DNA from: Camelus ferus
Lineage: Eukaryota
Direction: 5' to 3'
NCBI RefSeq assembly: GCF_009834535.1
Contig: NC_045696.1
Location: forward strand, 12,588,001-12,652,000
Length of the DNA stretch: 64,000 nt
Position 1 is the stretch's first letter; each line of letters starts with the position of its first letter. Under the pieces are notes generated by a model. It had not been told where the DNA came from and searched no databases. It saw only the letters and a list, made by a program, of their open reading frames with translations. Of this stretch, positions 24,084 to 35,470 are shown piece by piece. A program made the translations under genes and the position numbers.

Positions 24084-24860
24084 CATCAATAATTACCAGG
24101 GAAACGCAAATCAAAACCACAATGAGATCTCACCTCACTATGGCTATCATCAAAAAGAGCACAAATAATAAACACTGGTGAGGATGTGGAGAAAAGGGAA
24201 CCCTCAGTACACTGTTGGTGGGAATGTGAGTTGGTGCAGCCACTGTGAAAAGCAGTGTGGAGTTTTCTCAAAAAACTACAAATAGAACTGCCATATTATC
24301 CAGCAATCCCACTCCTGGGTATACATCCAAAAGAAACAAAAACACTAATTCAAAAAGATACATGCATCCCAATGTTCATAGCAGCATTATTTACAGTTAA
24401 GATATGGAAGCAAACTGTCCATCAACAGATGAATGGATAAAGAAGATGTGGTATATATACATGCAATGGAATACCATAAAAGAGAATGAAATTTTGTCCT
24501 TTACAGCAACACGGATGGACTTGGAGGGCATTAGGCTAAGTGAAATAAGTCAGACAGAGAAAGACAAGTATTGCATGATATCTCTTAAATGTGGAATCTA
24601 AAAAAATACAACAAACTAGTGAATACAACAACAACAAAGAAGCAGACTCACAGATGTAGAGAACAAACTACTGGTTACCAGCGGCAGGATGGGAAAATTT
24701 AGGGGTGGGGGAGTGGGAGGTACAAACTCTTGGGTGCAAGATATGATACAAGGATGTATTATACCACGTGGGGAATACAGCTAATATTTTGTAATAACTG
24801 TAAATGGAGTGTAACCTTTAAAATTGTATATAAAATAAATTTTAATTAAAAAATTAAAAA
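24084..24860 (+). mobile_element. 5'-truncated L1
   Basis: ORF2 C-terminal peptide [22 protein letters not shown] plus 3' UTR and A tail; 15-bp TSD TAATCAG(A/G)TGGCCAG at 24069-24083 and 24861-24875. Confidence 0.93.
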
Positions 24861-25259
24861 TAATCAGGTGGCCAGTTGGTTTATAGTGTAACAATGCCCA
24901 ATCATGTTAGCTGGCAAGTGTCAGACCTGAGCCAGCCCAGAACAGGGGGCATCTGTGTTAGACACCATCCACCCCCGGAGCCTAGGACTTTGGCAGATGC
25001 CCTAAGTCCTGATACCAGGTGCTCCTTCTTCTCTCTGCTTGGACACGGGCAGAAATCGTTGAATGAGCACATTGAAAGAGCGAGAAATAAAATGTTGATC
25101 TTTCTTGAGAAGCGCTGAGAAAGTTGCTGACTGATGGCGAGTGTATTTGTCTCATAGAAGCAAGATCTGAGTTCCCAAACCTGTCAAAGGGCAAAGAAGA
25201 CTCTGGAGAGGAGGGAGCCATGATTAATCTCATAGTCATAATGTCGTCATCAGTGTTAG

Positions 25260-25800
25260 ATTATCTGCCCTCATAGACATTAAAACCCAGCAGGAGAGGT
25301 AGACATTGAATAAGCAGTTATAAGGATAATAAATGCCACACATGAGAAGGCTTATGCATCATGGGGACCCTATCTGGGGTCAAGCAGAGAGGACGGGGCT
25401 AATATGTCCCCGTCCATGAAGGTTTCCCTACGGAAGTAATGGTCAAGATGAAACCAGAGCAGTGAGGAGGTGAGAAGAGGTTACACAAGCTCGTGTGTGT
25501 GCTTGTGTGCATGTGTAGGTGTGTGTGTGAGAGAGAGAAAGAGAGGAAGAGACAGAGAGAAAGATGGGGGCTGGGGGAGGGTGTCAATAGCGGAAATCAA
25601 CATCCCTTGAAAAAGGAACAACATATAAATATATTGATAGGAAATAAAGAGCATAGAACCTTCAAGAACTAAAAGAAAACCTCCATGACCGGAGCAGAAG
25701 AAACATTAGAGAGGCCTGGAGATGCAGCTGGAGAGACGGACAGAGACATTCTGATTTTATTCCTTCGTCTCATGAGCGGATTTAACCAGTCTACTCACGA
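25260..25800 (-). mobile_element. Decayed L2
   Basis: CTGCCCTCATAGACATTAAAACCCAGCAGGAGAGGTAGACAT; GAAGGTTTCCCTACGGAAGTAATG; GAGATGCAGCTGGAGAG. Confidence 0.55.
25493..25562. repeat. Compound (TG)n(GA)n microsatellite
   Basis: Imperfect TG run followed by a GA-rich run. Confidence 0.85.
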
Positions 25801-26814
25801 TGGATCAGTGTTCTGCCAGAATCCAGTTTAAAAGACTCCAGGACAGAAGGCCAGACTGAATATGACATCCACCAGGCAATGATGCCACCCTGCCAGCCTC
25901 ATGGGAAACAGCCCACCAGCCCTTTACCCCGAGACCATGTCATGGTTCTTCCACCTGGCTACGAAAGCGTGTTTTGACTGTCTTTTTTGATTAATCACAG
26001 TTTATCAGCATACAGACAGAAAGAGTCCTTGTGTTGATTTGTGAAAGACAACTTACTTAACTGATTCATTTTACTAAGAATCTAAATATCTACTGGTTGC
26101 TGGGATTTTGTGCAGTGGCCAAATATCCGCCTCCTTTAACCAAAACTGACTTTCTAATTGATCAACTTAAGTTTCTTTCCTTCCAAAATCCAAACAATAG
26201 GATCCTTGCAGAGACTCAGAGCATACTTAGAGTGCATTTTCTGTGCCTCTATAGCCACACCTTAAAAAACAGTATTTGATAACATAATTTCACTTAGTAA
26301 TTCTCAATATGTTTACGTTAAGCCCTTGTAAGAATTTTACAGAGTATCAGTTAATGAGAGCCGGACCAAAAGGCCTCTTCTGCAAAAAAAGTTTATGAAA
26401 ACTCTTGCTGCCCTGCCAAATGTCTGAACAAATGTCTGAAAAAGAAGTTGCCATGTCTAATGACTACCATTGCCAGTTCAACAGACAATTCCAGAAGCAG
26501 GTGTGGCCCCACAACACACGTTTACATTTTTTTCTGCACTCTACCAAATATCCAATTCTAAACACTAAAAAAAAAAAAAAGTTCAAAATTAATATCTCAT
26601 ATCCAGATCTTGAATGTCTATAGATAAAACACTCAGGTTATCTAACTAAATTTCACAATTTCCAGTTTATTATTATTGAATGGAGTCAAACATATGCAGA
26701 AAGTTGAAAGAATGGGGTCAAGTCAAGCAGGAAGATGTACTCAGGGCACAGATGTACCCAGGGTACCACTGGATGAGTGGCTTACCAAAAACAGTCCTCA
26801 TGCACAGAATACTC

Positions 26815-27512
26815 TTTTTTTATAGTTGATTTACAATGTTATGTTAGTTTGTGGTGTACAGCATAGTGATTCAGTCATACATTTATATATATTTTTTTTT
26901 CTTTTTCATATTCTTTTTCATTATAGGTTATTACAAGGCATTGAATATAGTTCCCTGTGCTATACAGTAGGTCCTTGTTGTTTATCTGTTTTGTATATAA
27001 TAGTTTGAATCTGCTAATCCCAAATTCCCAGTTTATTCCTGCCACTCCCTTTCCCCTCTGGTAACCACAAGTTTGTTTTCTATGTCTGTGAGTCTGTTTC
27101 TGTTTTGTAAATAAATTCATTTGTGTCATTTTTTTTAGATTCATATATAAGTGATATCAAATGATATTTGTCTTTCTCTGACTTACTTCACTTAGTATGA
27201 TCATCTCCAGTTTCATCCATGTTTCTGCAAATGGCATTATTTTATTCTTTTTATGGCTGAGTAGTATTCCATTGTGCATATATACCACATCTTCTTTATC
27301 CATTCTTCAGTCGATGGACATTTAGGTTGCTTCCATGTCTTAGCTATTGTAAATAGTGTTGCTATGAATATTGGGGTGCATGTGTCTTTTCAAATTAGAG
27401 TTTTCTCTGGGTCTATTTCCAGAAGTGGGATGGCTGGATCATATGATAACTCCATTTTTAGTTTTTTAAGGAACTTCCATACTGTTTCCCACAGTGGCTG
27501 CACCAAATTACA
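26815..27512 (-). mobile_element. 5'-truncated L1 3' end
   Basis: TATAGTTGATTTACAATGTT...TTCCCTGTGCTATACAGTAGG...GGACATTTAGGTTGCTTCCATG...CACAGTGGCTGCACCAAATTACA. Confidence 0.93.
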
Positions 27513-29544
27513 CAGGGGAACATTCTTTGCTTTATGTTTCCACTTCTTAAAAGAGCTAGGTCAAGCTCGACCTTGACAATCTTCACCAGAGATTGATGAA
27601 GGGCAAAAAAGATATATAACCATCACTCTTGTGTACTAAACTTGAAACTATCAAATAGTAAACCCGTAGCTCCTGGCAAATTTTTATGGCAATCATCAAC
27701 TTTTAACTCCGAGAGAATATTCAAGGGTAGAAGATCAGAAAGGATTCTGAAGGTGACTGTTAGGCTTGCCAATTACATCCAGTTAAATGTGAATTTCAGA
27801 CAAACATCAAACAAGTTTTTAGTGTGTGTATGTTCCATGCAACATTGGTGGTATTTTTATTTGCCAAATCTGGCAACCCTGCTGATAGAAGATTGTTTTT
27901 TATTTTTAGTGCCCTCCTGCTTTATAAGGATTTGAGTCTGCGAGTTCAGCTGTGAGGTGCTAAGACTCACACGGAAAGGAGAGATATGGATGCCCACGGA
28001 AGGCCGGGGAGATAAACAGTAGCAAGGAGAGGGCGAGAAGACAAGCCACTTGGCAGAGATCTGAGGGGCATGGGGGAAGGGACACAAGGAAGGGACATTG
28101 ATGAAATGTTAGGCCATTTTCCTGAAGTGTGAGAGCATCCTGCCTTTCCTCTCCAAATGCATCAGTAAAATCAACATTACTCACAATGCATGAGGGTAGG
28201 GTAACTAGATTCTAGAGTAATTTCTTTCTTGCCACTAAAAGGTGTCAATTCCTACTTAAAACTCGGCATGAGGCAGCCAACATACAAATGATCTGAATAA
28301 TTGGAGAGGCTCTTTAAGCAACAGTAGGCCCATATATGTTTGCTACTTCCTCTAGAGCAGCAGGTCTGCAAACCCACCCTGACCTAAATGTGAACCAATG
28401 AACCAATGCAGAGAAGGTTCTGCTTCAGCTAGTGAGTGACAGCTCCTGAACAAATGTGAAAAAGAGTTCGTACCCAGGCCAGGCCAGGCTAAAATCACTA
28501 AGTAGCCACTCAGAAACACGGGTTTCCATGATATCTACCCTTGGAAGACTGCAACAGTACTTCTACGAAGATTCTATTATCACTATTATTGTGAAACATT
28601 GGCCTGATGCTACGAAGGTTAAACACCGGTGTAGCACGGCTAACCCAATGCCTTGTGGGTTCACTTTAACTAAGCTCACTAAGGTTTTCCTTTGGTGTTT
28701 CCCTTTTCAAGGACTTAACAGGCTTGGCCATTTGACAAACACTTTGTGGCTATTCACTTTATACCATAATACGTTTATAGAAGTGAAATGAATTTTGGTA
28801 ACTGAAAGCAATGAACTACACCATAAAACATCTCTGTAATCTTCCTGAATGCCAGCTTCCAAAACAAAACCTTGGAAATGTGATTCCATTTTGATGGTGA
28901 ACACCTGCAATAAACTCAGAACATTTTTCCAAACCACTCTCCCAGCTCCATTGAACATCAGAGTGCTGTTTGGTTAGGTTTAGGGGGTGTTTATTGTTGT
29001 TTAAAGTGTTATGTGTTATTCAGAGAGAATTTACATCAGTCAAACCACGCTGGTCAAGCATCGTGGGGACTGCCACAGGGGATACTGAAGTTCAGGTGTT
29101 CTACTGATTCTTTGTTTTGGACATTGTGTGACTGTTCTGAGTACAAGTTTCCATCTGTCGTTAACCTTGGAAAACAGAGCAGGAGATTATGCCACGGCTG
29201 GTGTGAAAAAATACAGCATGCGTAGCTGATAGGACAGTGCTGGGCACAGAGTGGGTGACAGATAAACTCAGTGAATCACTGATTATTTCTGTAACTTCCT
29301 TCTAACTTTAGGAAGAAACATTAATGAAGGGGGAAAGTGAACTCTAAATGTATTTTGGAAATAAAACTTAAGTGGTATTCTATATGTATACATTCTAAAT
29401 GCATTTTGTCTTTTCCAAAGAATATTTTGGAAATAAAGTCAGAGAAATACCTCCGTCTAGATAACGTTCCCATGTATGAGCATTGGTGGGACGTGGAAGA
29501 TGATGGCTGTGATTGTGTGGATTATGAAGTGTGTGTACACCAAA

Positions 29545-29715
29545 TATTCTCAGTCTTGGCTGCACATTGACATAAACACAGAAGCTTTTTTAAAATTTCC
29601 GATTCCCAGACCACACCTGACACACCCATTAAATCAAAATCTGTGTGCCTAGAAGCAGGCATTGGTATTTTTAAAAAGGAATTTCATTATGTACTCAAGG
29701 CTGCAAATGACTGAC
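29545..29715. mobile_element. MER5-like hAT-Charlie MITE
   Basis: CTTGGCTGCACATTG...ATTAAATCAAAATCTG...CAGGCATTGGTATTTTTAAAA. Confidence 0.65.
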
Positions 29716-30069
29716 ATAAACTCTGATTCTCCTCTTTGCCCGAGAAAATTGTGCACTTTACTCCATCTTAGACCAAAAAAAAAAAAAAAAAAAAAAGAAT
29801 AAAAACCCACCCTCCATTACTGAGACGCTGGAGTATTGTCTCCCCTTGGCTGAGAACCATTCATCTCCTTCTGCATTGTGTTCCCAACTAGCAGCCACAA
29901 AAATGATAAAATCCTCCCAAGGGGTGGGGTCAGTAAGAGAAGTTGAGTGTTCTGTCTCCTCTTCCAAAGAGATTCCTTTTATGACACTCTACTTGACATC
30001 AGCTTATAAAAGTTAATGCTTAGAAGACAGGCACAAGTACTTTAATGAAAATCTCAGTTTGGGATCAGG

Positions 30070-30760
30070 CAGGGTCAAAGTTGGGAAACCCTGCCTTCGC
30101 GTCTTCTGCTGCTGGATCTTTCGGTGCCTGGGTTTACCATGAGTCAGTCACCTGGTCGCTTTACGTAACAGGAGGAGGATGAGCCGAATCCACTGTGCCC
30201 AAGTCCCCGGAACCCCCACAGGCATGGGGGATGAGACGAAGCCGGGAAACGCTCGGGGAGTGCACGGTCTGTCCCGCGGATGGTCCTCTGTGCCCCTGTT
30301 CTTTCTTGCGGTCGCAAGAAGCAGTCTAACAGGCTGTCTCGAGTCGTGAGTACTTGTTAGATGGATACTTGGGGCAGTAAGAGAAATGGGAACTCCAGGC
30401 TACGAGATGGTCCCACTCAGCAACAGCTGTTCCTTGAACCTGTGTGGCTGGGGTGACCTGGCTATTCCTCCTGTGTCAGTTTCTACCTTCTCCGCTCTCT
30501 TCCCGGTCAACCCTGCGTCTTTTCTCTGCCTCACTATGTCTGTTCACTCCAGAATACAGCTTCCCATGCCTTGCCGTGAACCTTGCTGCTTCTTATCTCT
30601 CTCTGAGTCTTTTCAGCCTTTGCTCCCAAAGCCCAGGCAAGTCAGCATCTCTCGTGCAGCACCGAGGCATCTGCATCTCTTCAAGCTCCCCCGAGGAGTC
30701 CAGCGCCCAGCCAAGGTGAAGAACCACAGCACCAAAGAGCAAGGGGATGGGTGAGGCGAA
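30070..30760. promoter_or_regulatory. CpG-retaining candidate enhancer or weak CpG island
   Basis: About 18 CpGs in 30098-30346 and about 28 up to 30760 by manual count, in an otherwise CpG-poor window; TGAGTCA 30140-30146, CACCTG 30149-30154, TTACGTAA 30161-30168. Confidence 0.45.
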
Positions 30761-31035
30761 CTGGATTTATGGCTACAGCTTAAGCCCAAAATAAAGAAAA
30801 CTCAAAGAAAGTTTCTCAAAATGCCTGAGAATGCTGCTCTCCTTGCATTTTTGTTTTAACTCGAAGTCTCATTTTTCTTTCTATGGAGTACAGATTTATT
30901 CACCTGTAGTGTTAGTATTTTAACAGTGCTGTATTTGAAGGGAAGCGAAAACTGCCTTAGGAAGTGTGGTCTCAGTGCAATCACTTTCTGGAGGAACCGT
31001 TAGTCAGGAGGTTGGTGCTCGCTGATGAGCCAAGA

Positions 31036-31049
31036 CTGCCATCTAGTGG
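31036..31049 (-). promoter_or_regulatory. CTCF core consensus site
   Basis: Minus strand reads CCACTAGATGGCAG, matching the CCAC(C/T)AG(A/G)(G/T)GGC(A/G) core, in non-repeat sequence. Confidence 0.65.
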
Positions 31050-31393
31050 TGACTACCACTAAATTGCACAGGCGAGGTTTCTCAGCTTTTACCAAAGCTC
31101 TTGAGGAAGTGGCTGGTCAGTTTCAGTAACTCATCTGCCTAAAACAAAATGCACCTGCCGGTAAAAGTAGCATTGTCGTTTTCAAGCTGTGTATGCAAAT
31201 CTCTCCAGGATAAATGACTGATACTGAATTGAACTTATAAAAGAAAACCAACCCCTTGATTCTGTCAAATAAGAGTTTTTGTTTATTTTTTAGTGAATTG
31301 AGAAGTTATATGACTAATAAGATGAAAGAATTGGTTGTTATGAAATGGTTTATATAGATCCAAAGTGAAATGGCTAGCGATAAAACCTTAGCT

Positions 31394-31847
31394 TGTAGTG
31401 TGGGTTGAATGGTGGCCCCCAGAAAGATACGTCCACATCTTAACCCTCAGAGCTTGGGAATGTTTTCTTATTTCAAAGAAAAGGTCTCTGCAGATGTAAT
31501 TAAGTTAGGATCCCCAGATGAGATCATCCTGAATTATCCAGGCGGGCCCTAAATCCTATGAGAAGTGACCTTATGAGATACACACAGAAAAGAGGAGAAG
31601 ACACGGGGAGGCAGAGATTGGCATTAATAAAGCCACAAGCCACAAACACCCGAAGCCACCAGAAGCTGGAAGAGGCAAGGAAGGAGTCTCCACTAGAGCC
31701 TTTAGAGGGAGCGTGGCCCTGCTGACACCCTGACTTCAGACTTCCAGCCTCCAGAGCTGTGAGAGAAAAAAAAAAAAAAAAACCTCTGTTGTTTTAAGAC
31801 ACCCAATTTGGGGTCATTTGTTTCAGCAGCCACCAGAGACGGAAACA
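31394..31847 (+). mobile_element. MLT1C-like MaLR solo LTR
   Basis: GGGTTGAATGGTGGCCCCCAGAAAGATACGTCCAC...GCCACCAGAAGCTGGAAGAGGCAAGGAAGG...GACTTCCAGCCTCCAGAGCTGTGAGAG. Confidence 0.92.
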
Positions 31848-31928
31848 GTTACTTTTCCTTCCTTCTCTGCATCCTTCTTCAGGAAACAAAATTAGCCTGT
31901 TTGGAAATGACCTGGGTGCCTAAAGCTC

Positions 31929-31967
31929 TTTTTGTTTGGTTTGTTTTGTTTGTTTGTTTGTTTGTTT
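31929..31967. repeat. (TTTG)n microsatellite
   Basis: Imperfect tandem TTTG. Confidence 0.85.
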
Positions 31968-33484
31968 ACATGGGAGAGAGCATGAGCTTGACATGGAGAC
32001 ACCACTCCAGGTGAATTACTTACCTTTTGGCCAAAATTAAATACAATTGGGAGGGGCTTAATGATTTGCTCCAACAGAAGTCAAGGCCAAAAGAGTCAAA
32101 CAGAGAATAAACCTCCTGTGAACATTTGCCCAGTTGGATTGGAGACCTCTCACCCAAGCCTGGAACTGGCTGCTAGAAAGAGCCACCTAAAGCTTTTTCT
32201 TAAATACAATGCAAGTAAGTTTATTAGCCTACAGTATTATAGGATGCTATCCAATCGGTAACATAGATACTTCACTGCTAGCCATTATTTCCAAAAGTAT
32301 TCTGGATATCAAAATTTTCATTCCAGAAGTTTTTCACTAAAAACACCGAACCTGAAAGATTTATCAACTAAAATTCTCCTTTCTAAGATAGAAAGTGAAG
32401 CACTAAGAGTTTTGCCTAAATATGGGTGTGTGTAACAGAATAACTCACATGTCAGGTCCAGCTGGGACAATGTTGTAAATTCAGCAGGAATGTGCACAAA
32501 CTGCCCATCCTGTGAGGTATTTGGAAGATATGTGAACACAGAAAACAACGTCAATACAATTGAACGAGGACATTAATAAAACTGTCGTTCAGAACGGCGG
32601 ACAATCTTGTAACTAAATATTTGGGAGTCTGGGGGAAGGAAATGTACAAATAATCAAAGGCAGCAAATTCCCTTAAGGAAATGTGGTCTCCACATTACAG
32701 GTTTGATTTTGCTGAATAATGCATGAAGATGTCTGTTTTAAATTATTCGTTGACTACAGAGCTGACGAGTAACCACTGAGGAACTGTGGGATTAGCCACG
32801 AAGAACCTCTGTCTGATGTCTGACTCGATGAAGGATGCTGTTCCTCTAGGGAATCAGAGGTTCCAGGTAATGTAAGACTCAAGTAAGAAGTGTAGATTCT
32901 GTGGTCTGCTCACAAGATGGTTCCATTAAATGCGCTGACGGACTTCTGGAACCCAAGGGTCTGCTAATAGGTGCCATTGAAGTCCACACCTGGTTCTGCA
33001 TCACTTTGATGTGTCAGAGTTTAAGTTTTGCCATTTTTCTTAATAAGTCTATCCAAACATAACACTACATAAAATATTAAATTACCTTATAGGCTCCTTT
33101 GAGCATTTCTGGCAAAGAATGAACACTGTCCCCAGGAGACAAGAGTTCTATCCTTGTTGAATTCATTCCATTATTCTTCATCTAGGTTGCTTTCAAAATG
33201 TTTAGATACTCTGAGAAGGAAGGAAGAGAGCAGGAGAGTTACCCTGATAATGATGGGTGACTTTTATGGATCCGCAATAAGTATCAATTGATTAGATGAG
33301 CACTCTACAGTTCAGAATGGTTGAGGAACTTCCCTCACATCATATAAGAAGTAATAATAAGTAAAGTCATTCTCTCCCTGGTTGTGATGGCAAAACACTG
33401 CCTAATAAGAACTTCAAATAAAAGTTTTTTCTCATCAACTAAACATTGGCCAAGAGCCTCCCCTCTCCAGTTCCAATGGACTCA

Positions 33485-33597
33485 GCTGGAAGTTTGTAAA
33501 AGACAGCACCATGTCTCTTCATCTTTATACCTGCAACACCTACCATGGGATCTTCCCCTAATAAAGCATTCAGTGTTTACTGAATGAGCAGGTGAAA
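33485..33597 (+). mobile_element. L2 3' terminus
   Basis: CCATGTCTCTTCATCTTTATACCTGCAACACCTACCATGG...TGTTTACTGAATGAG. Confidence 0.5.
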
Positions 33598-35048
33598 GGT
33601 ATAGAAAATGAAAGTGAAGGATTTGGAGAAAAACAATATAAAACATTTCAGCAGTATTTTCCATTTCCATATGGAAGTATCAATCATTTATAAACATCCC
33701 AAATCACGCTATTTCGGAAAATACATTAAAAGTAGCCCAATATTCAGGAAATACAAATTGAATATGGGACCTATTTGGGGGAACTTAGATCAAGAAGGAA
33801 ATCTGATTCAGGATTTTATAATGTTAAGGTATGTGACCAAAATTAATTACCCTAAAGTGATGTTGAAAGTTTGGTCGAAATGTGATGAAAATACAACAAA
33901 CCTAAGTTAGGAAGTGATTGGTAGTTTGTTTAAAGGTCTATTGGTGGTTCCTTCTGGTGTAAACGCTGATATTAAAGGCTCTTGCATATAAACTTTAGAC
34001 AAAGTTTTAAGTGATTTTTTCCCTAGGGTCACTCTTTTGTTTATTTATATTTTTGGTTTACCCTGAGTTTTGCTGGTGGCCCCTGAGTATTCCCTAGGCT
34101 ACTGGTTGGTCCTTCTGAAGTTTCTAGGATGAAAAAAGTGTCTTTTTCCCAGTAGAGCTGAGGAGCTGGTAAACTGCCTTAGAAGTCGAGGTAGTTTTGT
34201 TTTATGCACTCCTTGCAGAAATCATCAACAAAAATCTGTGGATGCTAACTCTTCGCCAAGGCCAATGTCATCCTTATTGTCAAATGCACATGGTGCCCCT
34301 GAACCGAGGGGCACAGGAAGGACAGGAGGTGAGCGAGTGATAGTGTCAGGCCCGGGGGTCAGTTAGGAAGAGGCTTTCAAGATGAGTTTTAAGAAGAAAA
34401 AGAAGAACTTAGAGACTTAAAAATCCAATTCTGAATATTAAAGAGCCTGGGAAAAATAACTTGGGTGAGAGCTAAAAGCTTGAAATAGATGCAAAGAAAC
34501 AAAACCTAAGTTCGTAATAGTGAAGAAAGCTGGCTGATGTAAAGTAAAAGGTGATGGGTGGAAGATAAAAAGGCACTGCCTGGTAGTCAAGATAAAAATG
34601 AGGAATTCTGTGATGTGAGGGTGCAGAAGGAGCTGCTAAAAGACTCTGAGGAGTCTTTGGAACTGACGTAGACAGCCAAGATTTCTGTTGATTTCTATCT
34701 GCAGGGCTGAGCTGACTGATGCCCATCAAACATTTCCCAATCCCCATTCTTCACTAACTTTCAATCCTTTGATTTATGGCTGGAGTACCATGAACCCTGC
34801 CTCCTCTTAGGCTCTGTTTTTGCCAACAACTAGTCCAGAGGATCCCTCAGCAAAGAAAGTGAGACTGTTTTGCTGGAAACCATCTTGAGTGTTCCAAAAC
34901 CATCCTTCTGCTCTCCTTGCCTAACGCTGCCTCCCCCTCACTCACCAAGCAGCAGCTGCCCACTGCCAGAGCTTCTCTGCACACACAATATCGAGCATGT
35001 AAACCTCAGGGTGGGGGTTTGAGTTGGGTGTTTAAAACCACAGTCTCA

Positions 35049-35210
35049 GGGGGAGGGTAGAGCTCAGTGGTACAGCACATGCCCAGCATGCACAAGGTCC
35101 TGGGTTCAATCCCCAGCACCTCCGTCAATAAGACGAGTAAATAAGTAAACCTCATTAATTCCCCCTGCAAAAAGAAATTTAAAAATAAATGGATAAAATA
35201 AAAAATAAAA
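35049..35210 (+). mobile_element. tRNA-derived SINE, Vic-1 type (camelid)
   Basis: GGGGAGGGTAGAGCTCAGTGG (A box)...GGTCCTGGGTTCAATCCCCAGCACCTCC (B box), A-rich tail, 16-bp TSD TAAAACCAC(AG/TT)TCTCA at 35033-35048 and 35211-35226. Confidence 0.9.
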
Positions 35211-35294
35211 TAAAACCACTTTCTCAATGCCTCATACCCTTTCTGGATGAAATCCCCAATCGTAATATAAACAGAATACTCACCCCTACTTTTT

Positions 35295-35470
35295 TCACCT
35301 GGCAGCTCTGTGACCAAGGGCAATGCAACTGACCTCGCCAGGCCTCAGTTTCCTCATTCTCAAAGTGAGGGTGATAAAGGTGCCCACTCCGCAGAGTTGC
35401 TGTGGAAATAAAGTGAGACGTTGTAAGTTCAGCAGTTGCTTATAGTTAGACACGATGCAAATAACTGGAT
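35295..35470 (+). mobile_element. MIR SINE
   Basis: GCTCTGTGACCAAGGGCAA...GCCTCAGTTTCCTCATTCTCAAAGTGAGGGTGATAA...AGAGTTGCTGTGG. Confidence 0.8.

Noticed and set aside
30386..30754. 122-aa ORF in the CpG-rich patch
   Set aside because: Low-complexity Ser/Leu/Pro composition, 3' part overlaps a MER5-like relic, no recognised homology.
32759..32873. AG...GTAATG-bounded candidate exon
   Set aside because: Stop codons in all three frames and a poor polypyrimidine tract; no support without RNA data.
33780..34120. Possible mitochondrial insertion (NUMT)
   Set aside because: Only vague compositional resemblance; I could not align it to any mitochondrial gene.
35049..35122. tRNA-Ala-like gene
   Set aside because: Followed by SINE body and A-rich tail and bounded by a TSD; it is a SINE head.
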